Made by a program: the position numbers and the translations under genes | Source: Bugula neritina | Lineage: Eukaryota; Animalia; Bryozoa | Length of the DNA: 64,000 bases | NCBI GenBank assembly: GCA_964035545.1 | Contig: OZ037771.1 | Coordinates: 5,427,190-5,491,189, forward strand | Direction of reading: 5' to 3' | Part shown: piece after piece, positions 23,172 to 36,900 of the stretch | Layout: the number at the start of each line of letters is the position of its first letter | Position numbering within the stretch: the stretch's first letter is position 1 | Notes under the pieces: model-generated | What the model saw: the letters and a program-made list of their open reading frames with translations, nothing else | Databases searched by the model: none | Told to the model about the DNA's origin: nothing

Positions 23172-26076
23172 GATCTTTGCTAAATTACAAATAGATTCAC
23201 TGTCTGCCATCATTCAGCAATACAGTGAACACTCATCAAGATCCAGTGAATGTACCACTAAAGGAAACTTTGGATTATGAATAAAATGCATTTCCCTCAC
23301 CTAAAGCATTATTTTTTATCACTTCAGTCTTATTAACACATAATGCAAAAACTGTAACTCTTATGCAAACTTGACTACTCTAAACCAGTACATCACTATC
23401 CCAATAAACTTGTGCTTCTACAAAATTTCATCAGAAATTGCTACAGGTCCTTGAAGAGTTGAGTTCTTCTGTTTGTTAATATAAGATAAACTGCCAAATT
23501 AAATTCAGAACAGGTGCTGTTTATTTTTCAGCGTACATATGAAAAGACATAGAAAATTAAAATTTTTCCATTCCAATAACACTCCCAAACTGCAAAAACT
23601 AAAAACACAAACAGAATTAATTACAGTGAACAGTTCAGGACCCGGTAAACTGCACACTGTTTTGTGGGATGTTTTAAATAACTTTTACTTTATGCTTTAT
23701 CAATCTTTGGAGCTGTGTAATTGCTAGACAAAAATGCTTCAATTTAGTTGTGTGCATTGGCACTAAAATTCTACGATTTTCCAAACTACTTATTTCTTTC
23801 ATTTTTATAAATAAAAAAATCTCTAAGCACCAGCTCTAGCACGACCCAGTATATGTCTATGTTTAATTACACAATGAATAGAATATACGTGGTAAAACAT
23901 AAACTGCAGTTGATTTTAATTGATAATAAAATTAATATTTAATTTAATACTGAGTAATAAAAACATCCTATTTTTGAAAAGAAACTACAATAAGATTACA
24001 TTTTTGTTGCATAAATTGAAGACTTCCAAAACTGTGTAATATTATAGTTTAAGGACAAATGGTGGTTGCACTACAATGACAAAATTGGATGACTTTTAAT
24101 ATAACAAATAAGTACAATAACTTCTAAATGTACAACAGGCGAAGTACTATCGGCCATTTGGTATTACGCTGTAACAGCTGAACCCATTTTTACTTTAGTC
24201 CAATTACAAAAAAAATAATTACGAGATATAAATTTAGAATACCAGCTTATAAGAAATTGAAACAAAAAGATATACTGCCAAACTGATACTAAATTAAAAT
24301 TACAGTAACGATTAACTAATACGGCTTTATACAGCAAATTTAATATGTTGAAATTCATTACAACGTGAATGCCAAGACTTATGCTACTCCGCAGCAAACT
24401 GATATCACTGTAAGTGCAAACAATATCATGTTACCAGTAACAGAATCAGTGAGTGAGAAATGTAACACTAAGTTAATTACTAAATACATTATGCAATAAA
24501 CCAAATAGTGTTCAATCGCAATGAAACTGATAAAAGCTGGTAATGTTATTGATAATAACACTCATAAAGGTGAAACTTGCCTATAATCCTAATCATATTA
24601 AAAAAATTATTTTTAAGTCTATATTACAAACAAACAATGATGATATTTATAACAAACATTAATATCTACTGTGTATCGTAGATGTCCCATTAATATTATA
24701 CGATTCAATTATCAACACCAGCTAAATAAAACATTTGTTAATTCAACTTGAAAATGCAGTTGACGTCACCCAAAATAGTAAAATTATATTTTGTGTCGCT
24801 TAATGCCCTACAAACTCGTATGAGCTAGCGCTGTCTTTTTGTGAAACCCACTTGACAAAGTAACAGATGGTATTCTTCAATATGTAAGATACTATTTTAG
24901 ATAATTTCATGGCATTCTAATGAAAAGTCCCAAGGATTACTAATGCAAATGACCACTTGCATGAATAACCTTAGGGCTTTCTTACAAAATAAGATTGCCT
25001 TAAAATATTGCCTTAAAATCCCTGTCCATTAGTTTAAGGGTCGATTTTGGATCTAATTATATTTCTGACTTTCATCCGCAATATTAACTTTAGCCTTTTA
25101 TTTACGATAATCATACATTTTTGTACTAAAATAATCATTATAAATTCATGATAAACATGATAATGAGTTTATGACAATGGTATTAATTATGTAACAATTA
25201 ATATTATTATTACCATCAATATTTAATATCATCATCTAAAAATGAATGGGTAGTTCTATCATAACATTATGATTATGATTAACTGATAACATCTAATTCT
25301 ATTTCAAATTCAAATTGAGTATTACTATGATATTATTAATTATATTAATGGTGATCAGCAATCAATAATCTTACTACTAATAGTACTACTCAAGTTCCAA
25401 AGTGAAACTGAAAGTGAAAGTAAATCAATATGAATATCAATATCATCAACTTCAAGATAATTCATAGTGATACTGATACTGATAGTCATAGTGATACTGA
25501 TAGCTATGAAAATCATAATTACATATACAATGGCATAGTAAACAGTAAAATTAGTTCGCCTATAAGAATATATATACGTTTTATCAGCTATAGACGTATC
25601 ATTTTTTTGAATTTACAATTAATAAACATCATTATCATTATGCCTTAATTTAATAATATGAATAAAATATTATTTAGCAACCGTAAGCATTGACTGGGTG
25701 TAGATCACGATTTGTCGCGCTTTAAATTATGATAAGTGCAAGCGGGTATAACAACAGCCCGTTCTTTCAAAAGCGCAGGTCTACGGTCAAGTTATTTAGA
25801 CTCTGATCAACAACTTTAAACACAATGCACGTAGCTAAAATGTTGCAAATTTACATCGGGCAGGTTTTGACGCTACTAAAAGTCACAAAGACCGAATCGC
25901 TACACGATCTACTTAAAAGAGTCGGACTGAAATTGAACTTCAAAACAAAAATTATAATTAGTAAATACGATTTTCATACTTATAGCTGTATCACTAAGCC
26001 AAAGTATCCCATTTTTATTATAACAAAGAACTTAGTTGTTGGTTAGTCTAGCGATACCTGTAGTAAATTCACTGCG

Positions 26077-28800
26077 ATGGGGAGATGTGCGCTCACACAA
26101 TGTTGTTGTTTCAATCTACACACAGCAACGCGAGCTTGTATGATCTATATAATGGTGAGATTAAGTCATTAACTCCTGTTTTTTATCATTCAGTACGACT
26201 ATCACGGTCATTATCTTCATGCTCACTACTGATGCTGTTAATGTCAGCATCACTACCTACACTCATACTGCTGACATCATTACGGCTACCTGTTGGCTGT
26301 ACCGTTGGCGTTAGTATCACTATCACTATCAGTATCACTATGATTTATCACTACTAGTACAGCAGTGCCTACAGTCTACACTGGTGGCATTGCTTATACA
26401 GTTATAGTCTTACTACCACTACTTAGTACCTACATTGTTAGCATAACTACAAAGTGTTTTTTCTCACATTTATTATCTTTAACAGGCCTCCTCCTTGGTT
26501 GCTGGTCTTCTGGTTTCATTAGACCTAGCAGACATATTGGATGACAAATTTTCTATTCAAGGCACGTTTAAAACTGAATTCCGAGTTCACATCAATGATG
26601 GTAAGTCTGCTGCTTATGTGTCCTTTAACAATATATAGTCTGTTCTGACAAGAAGTGTTTTACCTCACAGGACACGAAGCTGAATGTGTGTATGCTGCTC
26701 TTCTGCACAGTTTCCATGTGCCTCTACATTCTTATTGAGTTGTGCTCCAAGAAATCAATTGCCCAGCTTGTGCGCTGTCTACGCTTGCATCATGTTAAAC
26801 AAATTTTGTATTTGCAGTGATGACAGCTTTGAACTCCGTCATGATTTGTGCTCATCTCTTCATGTTTTTCCTGGCATCACTCACTCTTGCTGTCTCTCAA
26901 AATGAGGTCAGTAATACACTACTCATATACAATCATATTACACTGCTGGTATATAATAGTATTTAACTACATATATAAAATAGTATTTCACTAATCGTAT
27001 ATAATCGTATTTTACGGTATCTGCTTATATATATATATAACATTATTTCACTGTACCGCATTTTTATATAATTGGGAGTTGTTTTACCTCACAGGACACG
27101 AAGCTGAACGTGTGTATGCTGCTCTTCTGCACAGTTTCCATGTGCCTCTACATTCTTATAGAGTTTGCCGTGGGCATGTACTTCTACACTTGGATGAATT
27201 ATCACATCTTTGTAAGTTGCAGTCACCGAACATCATATTTTTGCACTGCAAGCGAAAATTATACTTCATTAGCTTTATTTGGTGACTTTTAGAGTTAATT
27301 TGATATCAAATTTGAGAATTTAAGTTCTGAAACCAAACCTTGGAGCGAACTTTGTCTCATTTTTCATATCTAAGCATGAAGGATTGATTTGGATTAATAC
27401 TTCTCTAAAAAGTTTTATGAATTTGATTCGTAGTACTTTGTACTTAGTTAAAATTTTCAACATGAGTAAAACTTTTGATGCATCTTTGCCTGTTGTTAGT
27501 ATACTAGTCTTGCTGCAATTATCGAAATGGTTTTTCTAAGCTCAAAAATATGTTGTTTATATAAATATTGGAATATATTTGATACTTGCATTTTAAGTAT
27601 TCGTGAAGGATATAATATTTGGTCATGGGCATTTCTATTATCATTTGCTAGAAATCTATATTTTACTCATTTGTCCTCTTGATGAGTTTGCCCAAATTTA
27701 TTATATTGTATTATAGTATGTTATATTTTTTCTAATAGGTTGTATAGTCTATACGACATTATGTTCTACTCAGTACAACTATGTGTTGCACCATGTTTTG
27801 TAAGTTGATCAAACGTATTATATTTGCAGATCAATGCTTTCATTTGTTTCAACTGGGCCTTCTGGATACTCAGAACTATCATGAATGTAAGTGAATAAAC
27901 AAGTGTGCTGTCTCACAGAGGTAGAACTTCTCTCTTGGCTGTTCATTACACCCTCTGACTGCTACTGGCTACTTGTGTCAGCTGACACATCTCATCAAGT
28001 GCCTGTCTGGTTACTTGACTCATAATAATATACTCACTGACTGTATCATGTTCCCCATGCTGTTGACAGTGCTAGTTACTACTTAGTACTACAGTGTTGA
28101 CACTTAGTACTACAGTGTTGACACTTACTACCACAGTGTTGACACTTACTACCACAGTGTTGACACTTAGTACTACAGTGTTGACAATTACTACCAACGT
28201 GTTGACACTTAGTACTACAGTGTTGACATTTGGTGTGAGCACATATATGTGCTGACACATGATACTAAAATGTTGAAACTGATGCCCGGCTGCTGACACA
28301 TGATTCAAAGTGCTTTTATTTAGTATCTGTTGTTGCTTAGCATTAGGATGATGATAACACTATTGATGATGTTAGTTACTAGTAGTTGGATACCCAGTAG
28401 TTGGCACCTAATACCTCGGTGCTGTTGTTACCATCCTTGACACTAAAGCTGTTGTAAAACTGTTTTAATGTAGTCAGAATTTCAGTATGCGATGTATTCT
28501 TCTGACTCGTTACTTAATTTCTAAAAATAGATTGTGTGTGCCATGGTGACTCACAGCAGAATCATTGACCTCAAGTTCCAGAAGAAGTACGACTTACTGA
28601 ACATGCCTGGTGTGAATCATAGTCTGTCGACAGCATCCATGCTGTCCAGCAGCATGAGGAGTGTGGCCGGGCAGCAACATATCCGTGCCATGAGCAGTCA
28701 GCGTCTGTATGCCAGCCGTCAGTCCCTGCAGCAGAGCTCCAGGAGTCTCAACATCTCTCGGAGTCAGCAGTCTCTTAATAAAAGTGCTGCCAATTTCTAA
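26077..28800 (+). CDS. Uncharacterised four-transmembrane protein (LAPTM/Mtp-like tetraspan topology), 241 aa
   Basis: Exons 26077-26154, 26486-26600, 26818-26906, 27095-27211, 27830-27886, 28531-28800, all GT-AG and phase-consistent. N-terminal MGRCALTQCCCFNLHTA, four hydrophobic segments, and a Ser/Gln-rich cytoplasmic tail. Confidence 0.8.
26656..26741 (+). pseudogene. Partial duplicate of exon 4 (with its acceptor) lying in intron 2 of the tetraspan gene
   Basis: TGTTTTACCTCACAG|GACACGAAGCTGAA...CATTCTTAT is nearly identical to 27080-27165. Confidence 0.85.
28078..28229. repeat. 21-bp minisatellite (ACTTAGTACTACAGTGTTGAC)n
   Basis: About 7 tandem copies in the last intron of the tetraspan gene. 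Confidence 0.9.
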
Positions 28801-30925
28801 CTTCTTGGTTGTTATGTTTGCAGTCAATTCTGCTCACATTTTGCTACTAGCAAGGATTTGAGTTACTTCATATAACTAACTATAGGTGAAGCATATTGAA
28901 ACATTCCATTTGTACAATATTGTTTAGAGAGTGTGTGTCTGTGTGTATGTCTGTCTGTATTAAGGTTACATTCTTGGTGAGCTTTCCCATATAACTTGGT
29001 ATAAAGTTTTACATTCACTCTGTTGTTTCTTTGCATTATATGCACTGCATTCCATTAACTTACATATAGTTGATAATATATACATTTTTATATTGTTTTA
29101 TCTCTCGAGTTGGTTTCATATTCATGTTTTGACCCAACCAATTAAGAAACTGAAAAATAACATAATTCTAATAACTTTATGTTTTCAAACCACCTTTTTG
29201 AGTTGGAATATAAAAGCAAATACTATAGTTTTATGCATTATTGAACTTTTCAAGTCACAATTTGTAGAATTTCCAATCTACTGCTATAGATAATTGTTGA
29301 TAAACTAAATTAGAAATCTAAAATTGAAAAAGTAGAAATCTTTTGATTTGAGAGAAAAGCTGTTTATATTAATAGCCCCAGGGTTTTTCCTGCTGAATTC
29401 CCAATATGTGAAGAGGATAACTTAGGAATCTGGCTATTTTTGCCCATACATTTCAATTTAAGTTTTTTGAAAGTATGTCTAATAACTAATTTGCTTTTAT
29501 AGCCCAACACAAAAAATGGTTTGAACAATTTTTCAAACATTGAAATATGATTTTAATTTTCTGTTTTCTTTGCTTAATAGTTTTATATTGATTATCTGAT
29601 GTTTTTGTATCAACCATCACAGTCTTTTACTTTAATTAAACATTCCATTAGCACATTCCTGGTATCATATGTAATTCCAAGTTTATTATTAAATAAATAT
29701 TTCCTATATACTAATAATTTTTACTAATAGTTATTATATTAAAGTAATTGTATGTGTACAATGTTATGTCAATGTAGCTTATTTGATGACAATCTGTGTG
29801 CATTGTCATGGGCAACACTCTTATTGTAATACTGCTGTTGGGATGCTGCTTCACTTGAAATGTTATGGTGATTATAGCAACATTTTAGACTAAGATTGAT
29901 GACTTGCAATTAATTCAATGTTCAAAGAGGTAAAATGTCTTTTCAGCAGTTTGTCTTTAGAATTGAAGCTTTAGACGTTATTTTGAAGTAGCAGAAAACT
30001 GATTTTAGCAGGTGGCTCCGGTATGTTTGTTTTAGTTCTGCTGTGCAAATCTTTCTAAAAAAATTATCAATTAGGATTTATTCTCTCTTGTGGTTACTAG
30101 CTACTTGAGCTCTGTATCTTATTTTTGATAAGCCTCCATGTTTTATATCAAACAAGGAATACAAAGATGAATGTAAAGTAGCAGGTGCTGCATATACATC
30201 ATAAGTTGGATATAGGATAGTTTTCTCGCTACACTATCATTTAAAGTTTGAACTGCACCTTTCATATGTCTGCTGTCAGGATAATGCTGCCTTGGCTCAA
30301 TAGCCTGCATACAAAAATTTCTATTTCAAAAACACTATTTGAAGTTGTCTTTTATTTGCAGCGACCACCAAAATTTCATGATGAAATTTGACAAAAAATA
30401 TAATAATATATTATTGTTAAAAAATACATAAAACACAGGTCGTGTTAAAATTAAATCCGTTCATCCTCAGCTATGTTAAAAACACTAAAAATAATCAAGT
30501 TTTGTAAAAACTTTGTAAAATTGATTTATATGTGTGAATAAAATTATATATAATAATTCAAATTTTTATTGGTAATGTTAAATAACATTTGTCTATAAAA
30601 CAAAATTTCAGATACATTGAATAGGTTTTATGGATTATGTAACATTTTATTTGTGCTGCAGATTTGTCATCTCTAATTTAAAAAGTTGACTCTTACTAGC
30701 TGATCTGTAAACTTCCACACGAAAGTTCTTCTGTCATCACCATTTCAGTTGCATGAATAATAAGTAAAAGGCTAGATATATGCTAAAAATGTTCATCAAG
30801 TGCACATGCAATGCACATTACTTACACTATGATACAACATACGCCATCATTCTACAGTATCTTTATATTTATATAACTATATAACACACAATTTATATTT
30901 AGTGAGGAAATCTACAGCTTTTAGT

Positions 30926-33900
30926 TTACTTAAGCATGTCTCTGATGACTTGAATCATCTTCTTCTGCTTTTCTCTGTCAGCGCATTGTGGTGAGGGCTC
31001 TTTCAAGTTTCCCCTGAAAAAGAATAGGCCATTGGACTTGCCCTGCTCCTCATCAGCCACCTGTACGATGTAACCACCACCTTGTGCTTCACTCTGTCCA
31101 TTGAACAGGCATGCAAAACAGCACAACCGGCATTCCAACCAACATCTGCAATACATCAGGAAATATAACTGCTAGCAGAAGGATGAAAGATGTTTGCTAT
31201 AACATGCAGGTTTAAATAACTAGCACATGGTAAAGCATACACTAAAGCAATGGTTGTAAAGCTACTTGTCCAGATTTAGACCTGTTTTCCCAGCATAACT
31301 ATTTTGTGTCTCTAAAATCCGTCATCTTTCAAAACTCCTTTTGCTGATAAGTTTATGTTATATTTTGTCATAATGCTGCAAGCAACATATAAATTAACAT
31401 TGCTGGTGCAATTATGTTGCATCATATTCTCTACACATGCATGCAATAAAATCAAGAATGAACAACTTTTGCTATTATATTTTTTCACAGGGCTAAAAGT
31501 TTCATTTCACGAAATACCAAATTCATTTCAATTTGCATTAAAACACTCTGTATATTTCTACTATAGCCCTAGGCTATAGAGTTATCTAAGAGCCCTATAC
31601 TTTTTTTCCTTCCTATAACCCATTAGCATTTTTGCACTAGCATTAATGAATGATTAATTACCACTCCTGCTAAGGTTTTTGCAAATGTTATGACTTTTAA
31701 TGACAGCTGAGTTAAAACTTTCAAAAATATATCTACTTTCTTGATTATCTAATCATTTGAAAATTCCAATAAAAGCATTAGTATAGCTGGATTTATGAAA
31801 ATTATTCTAAAATATCATATTATCTTATATATCAGAAAATATTTTTCGGGGGCAAACAGAAGGAAAATAAGATTTAAGATGAATTTTGCTGAAACCCCAA
31901 GACATTTGATTCATCTATATAATATTATATGTAAACATTTAACTGTTTAGACTAAACATCACACATGCATACTGCAATAACAATATGATACATGCAATGA
32001 GCTTATATATAATACATGCACAGTAATGACACATATTATTTTGCTTGAATTTACCAGAATGCGCAGCTCTTACAAACTATTAATCAATACAAGAACTTTT
32101 GAGCCTGTCTCACTTAGAAACTGCAAAGGCTTACTTGTTGGCGTCACCTGCATTACTCCGAAATAGGTTTGTGCCAGCAATCGGTCCCGGACACATAGAG
32201 TTGAGTGTCACTTTAGTGTCTTTCAGTTCATCCAACATACCCAAGCTGGCCATCATCAATGCTACCTGAAACATTATTGTATACAATTTAGCACATACGA
32301 CTCTTTGTATGGGTTTTTGTATTAAACTAATGCATTTTGTTTTAAACATTTTGCGAAACAAAATTATATTTTTAAAATACGGTTTGCAGTTTTAGTAAAG
32401 TTGATTAAATATTTTTCCAGTGAACTACAATTCTGTAAACCCGTGCCTGTTGACTAAATTATTTTACATTTTATTGAAGTCAATCATTAGCTCAAACCTC
32501 TGGAAGCCTATAGTATGAGATTACATAATAAAGGTATGAGACTGAATAAGGAGCATATAGAAAAGAGAAAAATAAAGGTACTGGAATGAATAATAGTGAG
32601 ACTAAATAATAGACATAAGAGTGTGAATAATGAAGGTGTGGGAGCAAATTATAGACCTTATGAAAACCTTTTGTGAGCATATGAGAAAGAATAATGGCTA
32701 GATACTTTATTTCGAACATATAAGATACAATAATAAGAGAATTTTTGACCATTTGGCACTCCATATTATAAAACTGACCTTATGCTGGTCTAAAAATGGC
32801 ATTTAATCTTGGGAAGCTACGCTAAAAATATTGATCAAAAATAAACGTGTAATATCTTACTCAGCTAGAAAAATGTTGCTAAAAACCACTTTTTTAGAGA
32901 TTTTCATTAAAACAATAGGTCAGATTTTTAAACACACTTTTAAATTTACGTGCACTACACAATTTATATAATTTGAAAGTTTGTAATGCCAAAATATCTA
33001 AGCTGTTGCTTTTAAGGTCACTGAAACTGAAACTCAGTTGTTGCAGCTTAATTCCCTGCTTTCCACAAATATGTAGCGAAACTACCATGCACAAGTGTGT
33101 GCGTATAAGTGTGTGCGTATAAGTGTGTGCGTATAAGTGTGTGCGTATATAGGTGTGTGTATAGGTGTGTGTGTATATAGGTGTGTGCTGTGTGTGTGTG
33201 TGTGCATGTGTGTGGCATCCTGTGTTAAAACTGTTGATCAGTTGATGCTGTAACTCTGCTCAAGAGACAGGCAAAGACTGTTTTAGCTGCAAAAGTAGGG
33301 CAATTGCTTCATTTCGTAAAACAACAAGTCTAAAGTGCTTGCCTGTTCTTTGTTTAAAGTCATAGTTAACTTAACAGCCATATCTGTTTTCAGTTCGATG
33401 TCTGAGCAATCTCTGAATTTAGCAATGACCTCTACGTATCTACTGTAGCTCTACGTATATGCTGTAGCTCTACGTTTATACTGTAGTACTATCCAGCTTA
33501 CAGTAAGTTAGAATAAAATTGTGAATTGGTCAAGCAAAAATGTAGAAATGAATTATATTTTTGAAGCATTCAAATTGAATTACTACTAGCAAAATCAAAC
33601 TGTAGTAGCCATTCATTTTAATTTTCTTCCAAGTGATACAATAGAAAACAATATACTGCATACAGACTAGCACTTAGTTGTGTGCTGCACAATTCACCTT
33701 TGAATTCTTGTAAGCTCGTATTCCATTCTTGTAAGTTTTTGGATTAGCAAGCATCAAGTCATTAAAATCAGTTTGGTATGGTTCAATTTCTTCCATTGTT
33801 GTTACAGTGCTGTTCACCATCACGATTCTTGCCTCTCCCTATAATACAGAGACATATTTTCTAATAAAGATGTAGGATAAAACATAGCATAATATGGCTA

Positions 33901-36900
33901 ACACACATACACGCAGGCACAAGCATGTATATCTCAGTGATGGCATAGGTGTGTTGTATCATATTTTAAGCATTTTAAACTTTCTTATTTAAATTTAAGT
34001 TCTTGTAAGACACGGATTCTTTAGTCATGATACAACACTAGATGACCAGGAGTTTTTGAAGCAACTTATTTTATATTCTAATTATATCAGTTAGACAAAT
34101 TATCAGACCTTGAAAATGTTTAGATGGTAGAATAGATATATAATGGTTATTTTGCTTTGCCTTTGAAATACCTTAACCATGTCTCATCTACCAGGATTTA
34201 TTTGATATCATACAAAATTTTGATGATGAAAGTATTTCTAAAGTCTAAGATATAAACCCTCCACCTTGCCCTGCAAAATAAACCTTTTTAGAAGCTGTTT
34301 CTTTGAGATTTTCAATTAGTAAATCAGTTAAAAGAATCGGTCCAATAGCATTTGTGGCAAATGTGATTTCCCATTCTTCATTCGTTGGACACACATGGCG
34401 ATCATTCCCATCAAAATAACAACCAGCATTATTGATGAGTACATCAAGGAGTTGACCGTCTACTAACCTGTATAACAAAAATGTACACAGATTAAGTTAT
34501 AATTATATACTCAAAGATAATTGTTTTGTGATTGAGTACTTCAACTATAGCCAGGAACTCAAGCTGCTTTATAGGATGTGTAAAGAGTCGCTGAAGCTCT
34601 TTGGCTTACATCTGCAACTTTTTGCATGCACAGTTAGTTTAAGGTCATACTTTTCATTTTCTGGCTCTTTGCCAGGTGCTTTATGTTCTATATGAACAAT
34701 GTTCCACTGATAGCTCGAACAGGTTGAATGTCACAGGAACAAAAAAAATATGAAAAGATAAAGAAACTTATGTTCTCCAATATACTTTTTTATTTTTTTC
34801 AAAAGCCAATTCATGTTTAAGTTATAGCTTGTTGAAAAACATAGTCCCCCTTCCACATTCTTTTTAATTTATACGCTCCTGACTTGTTATTGCGTCTCAA
34901 TATGCCTTGTATTTGAGTGCTTGTTAGTCTCGCTTCACTAACTTTGCCTATACTTCACAAGTGCCAGTGCTGCTGGCTCAAAAGCTAAATGTTATAAACT
35001 GTCAGCTAAAACCCAATCTTGTATTCCTAGGTTGGTTGGCCTAAATAAAACAATAGTCAAATCATGATTTCATGTTTTAAAAATTTACTCTATTCTAACC
35101 TGCTGCCTAGCTATAGTTCTATTTTTGATTTATAATTACAGCATTTGTGATACATTTTTTTGGCAACCATGTGATTTATAAAATGCAGTAATGGTACTTA
35201 CAATATTATATTATTACCATTATAATATATTATATAGTATTATGTGTGTTTTTATTATACTGCATAATATCTATTTTATTATTGTTGTTGTGCAAACAAG
35301 TGCAATTAACCTAGTTTTCAAAATGTACCTCTAAATTATCAGAATATCAGTTCAGATATTTTCATGCTTTGTTAGGTAAACCTAAAAAAAGAGGCTGTAT
35401 TCCCAAAGTAAAGGGTGTTGAACTATGAACTATATTAGATTAGCCACTCTGCTACCAAGTGCATCAGTAAAATATTATATGAATAGCTCTGATGCTTTGT
35501 CTCCAGTGGCTGGCTGCGATATGATAACTTGGCCAACTTCCAAGAGTTTAAAATTGGCGCAATTATTCAAGAGGTTACATACTGCACAGAGCTAGCAGTG
35601 ATAGTAACCTTGCTATTGGCAGTACTTATTACAACTGCCAGCATATAAGCTGCATTGTAGAATGCAGTTGGGGTAGGCTAGTAAAACCAAATTCTGCTCT
35701 CTAATATACCTTAGACAGAATGCAGCAACATAATTGTTCGTTTCAAATTACATTGCCACCCTTACACGAGCTGTGGGCTTCATAAAGATTCATATGATTA
35801 GAGATTTATGCTATAGGCTAGCTATGATGAAAATAACACACCATTGTCAAAGTTAACTTCAAGTATGTTGTTTTCCAGAAACTCAGTAATGTCCATTTAT
35901 CTCTCGCATACAAATACTTATGCAATAGCATACAGTTTAAGTTTTATTTTAGAGCACACCTGCAAACTCTACAATAAGAGCTTGCTTTAACAGTCTATTT
36001 CAGACCTGTTTTTGTAGCTAGTAATACGCAAGCTACTTATTTTTAAACTTTTGGGTTATTTGTTCAAAACAATTAGCTTTGCTAGTAACCCGAGACTATC
36101 GCAACAGTTGACTGCTATCAACATGAATTGACAGCCTAATAATAGACGATGTAAATTTGGTACATTTAGTACCTTGTACCAACTCTAGAATACTCACCAC
36201 TATAACTTATATAAACTTCTGCAAGTTCAAATGCAAAATGCATACTTTTAGAAAATAGCTGTGCAACTTTTATTACATGCATTATTTTATTTCATATCTT
36301 AAACTTATGAACCATGAGTTCATTTTTCAAAATGTTTAAATTAAGTGCTCAAAAAATGCAATTAAAATTTTTATTCTTGCACAAATACCCTGGTGCAGTT
36401 TGACCACAACCCCAGCTGTTTTGACAAACACATTTAATGGTTTTTTTATTGACATAGTGGTGAATGAGCTGGTTGTTTTTGGCAGTTGGGTAGACTTGAA
36501 GCTTGGCAGCTTTTAAACAATTCTGATTGGCAGAATTTTACACGATAAGTTGATGTTTGTATCTGATTGGCCTAATAATGCATTTGCATTTGAAAATGTA
36601 GAGTTTTATTTAAGCTATAATGGTGATATTTTAGAGTTGGCACACACCCCTTTTGGGTTGAGTTTTATAGTCTGTTCCTGCTGTAGTCATCTACAACAAC
36701 AGTGTATAGGGAAATTATTAGTATTACGAAATCTGTTTTGGCTTACTTTGCTATGCCAGTATTCTGACTTAGTTTGTAATCAACTATGTTGGCAGTTAAA
36801 ACTGAGGGTGATTTCATCAAAGGTGGACATTGCTGAGGCCTTAGAACATCAAATCAACCAGTGCTGTTACTTGGTTGTATTGTAAAGCAGTAGTGAGAGC

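Noticed and set aside
23300-26050. Short ORFs in the AT-rich intergenic region
   Set aside because: No homology motifs, no consistent splice chain, and low-complexity composition.
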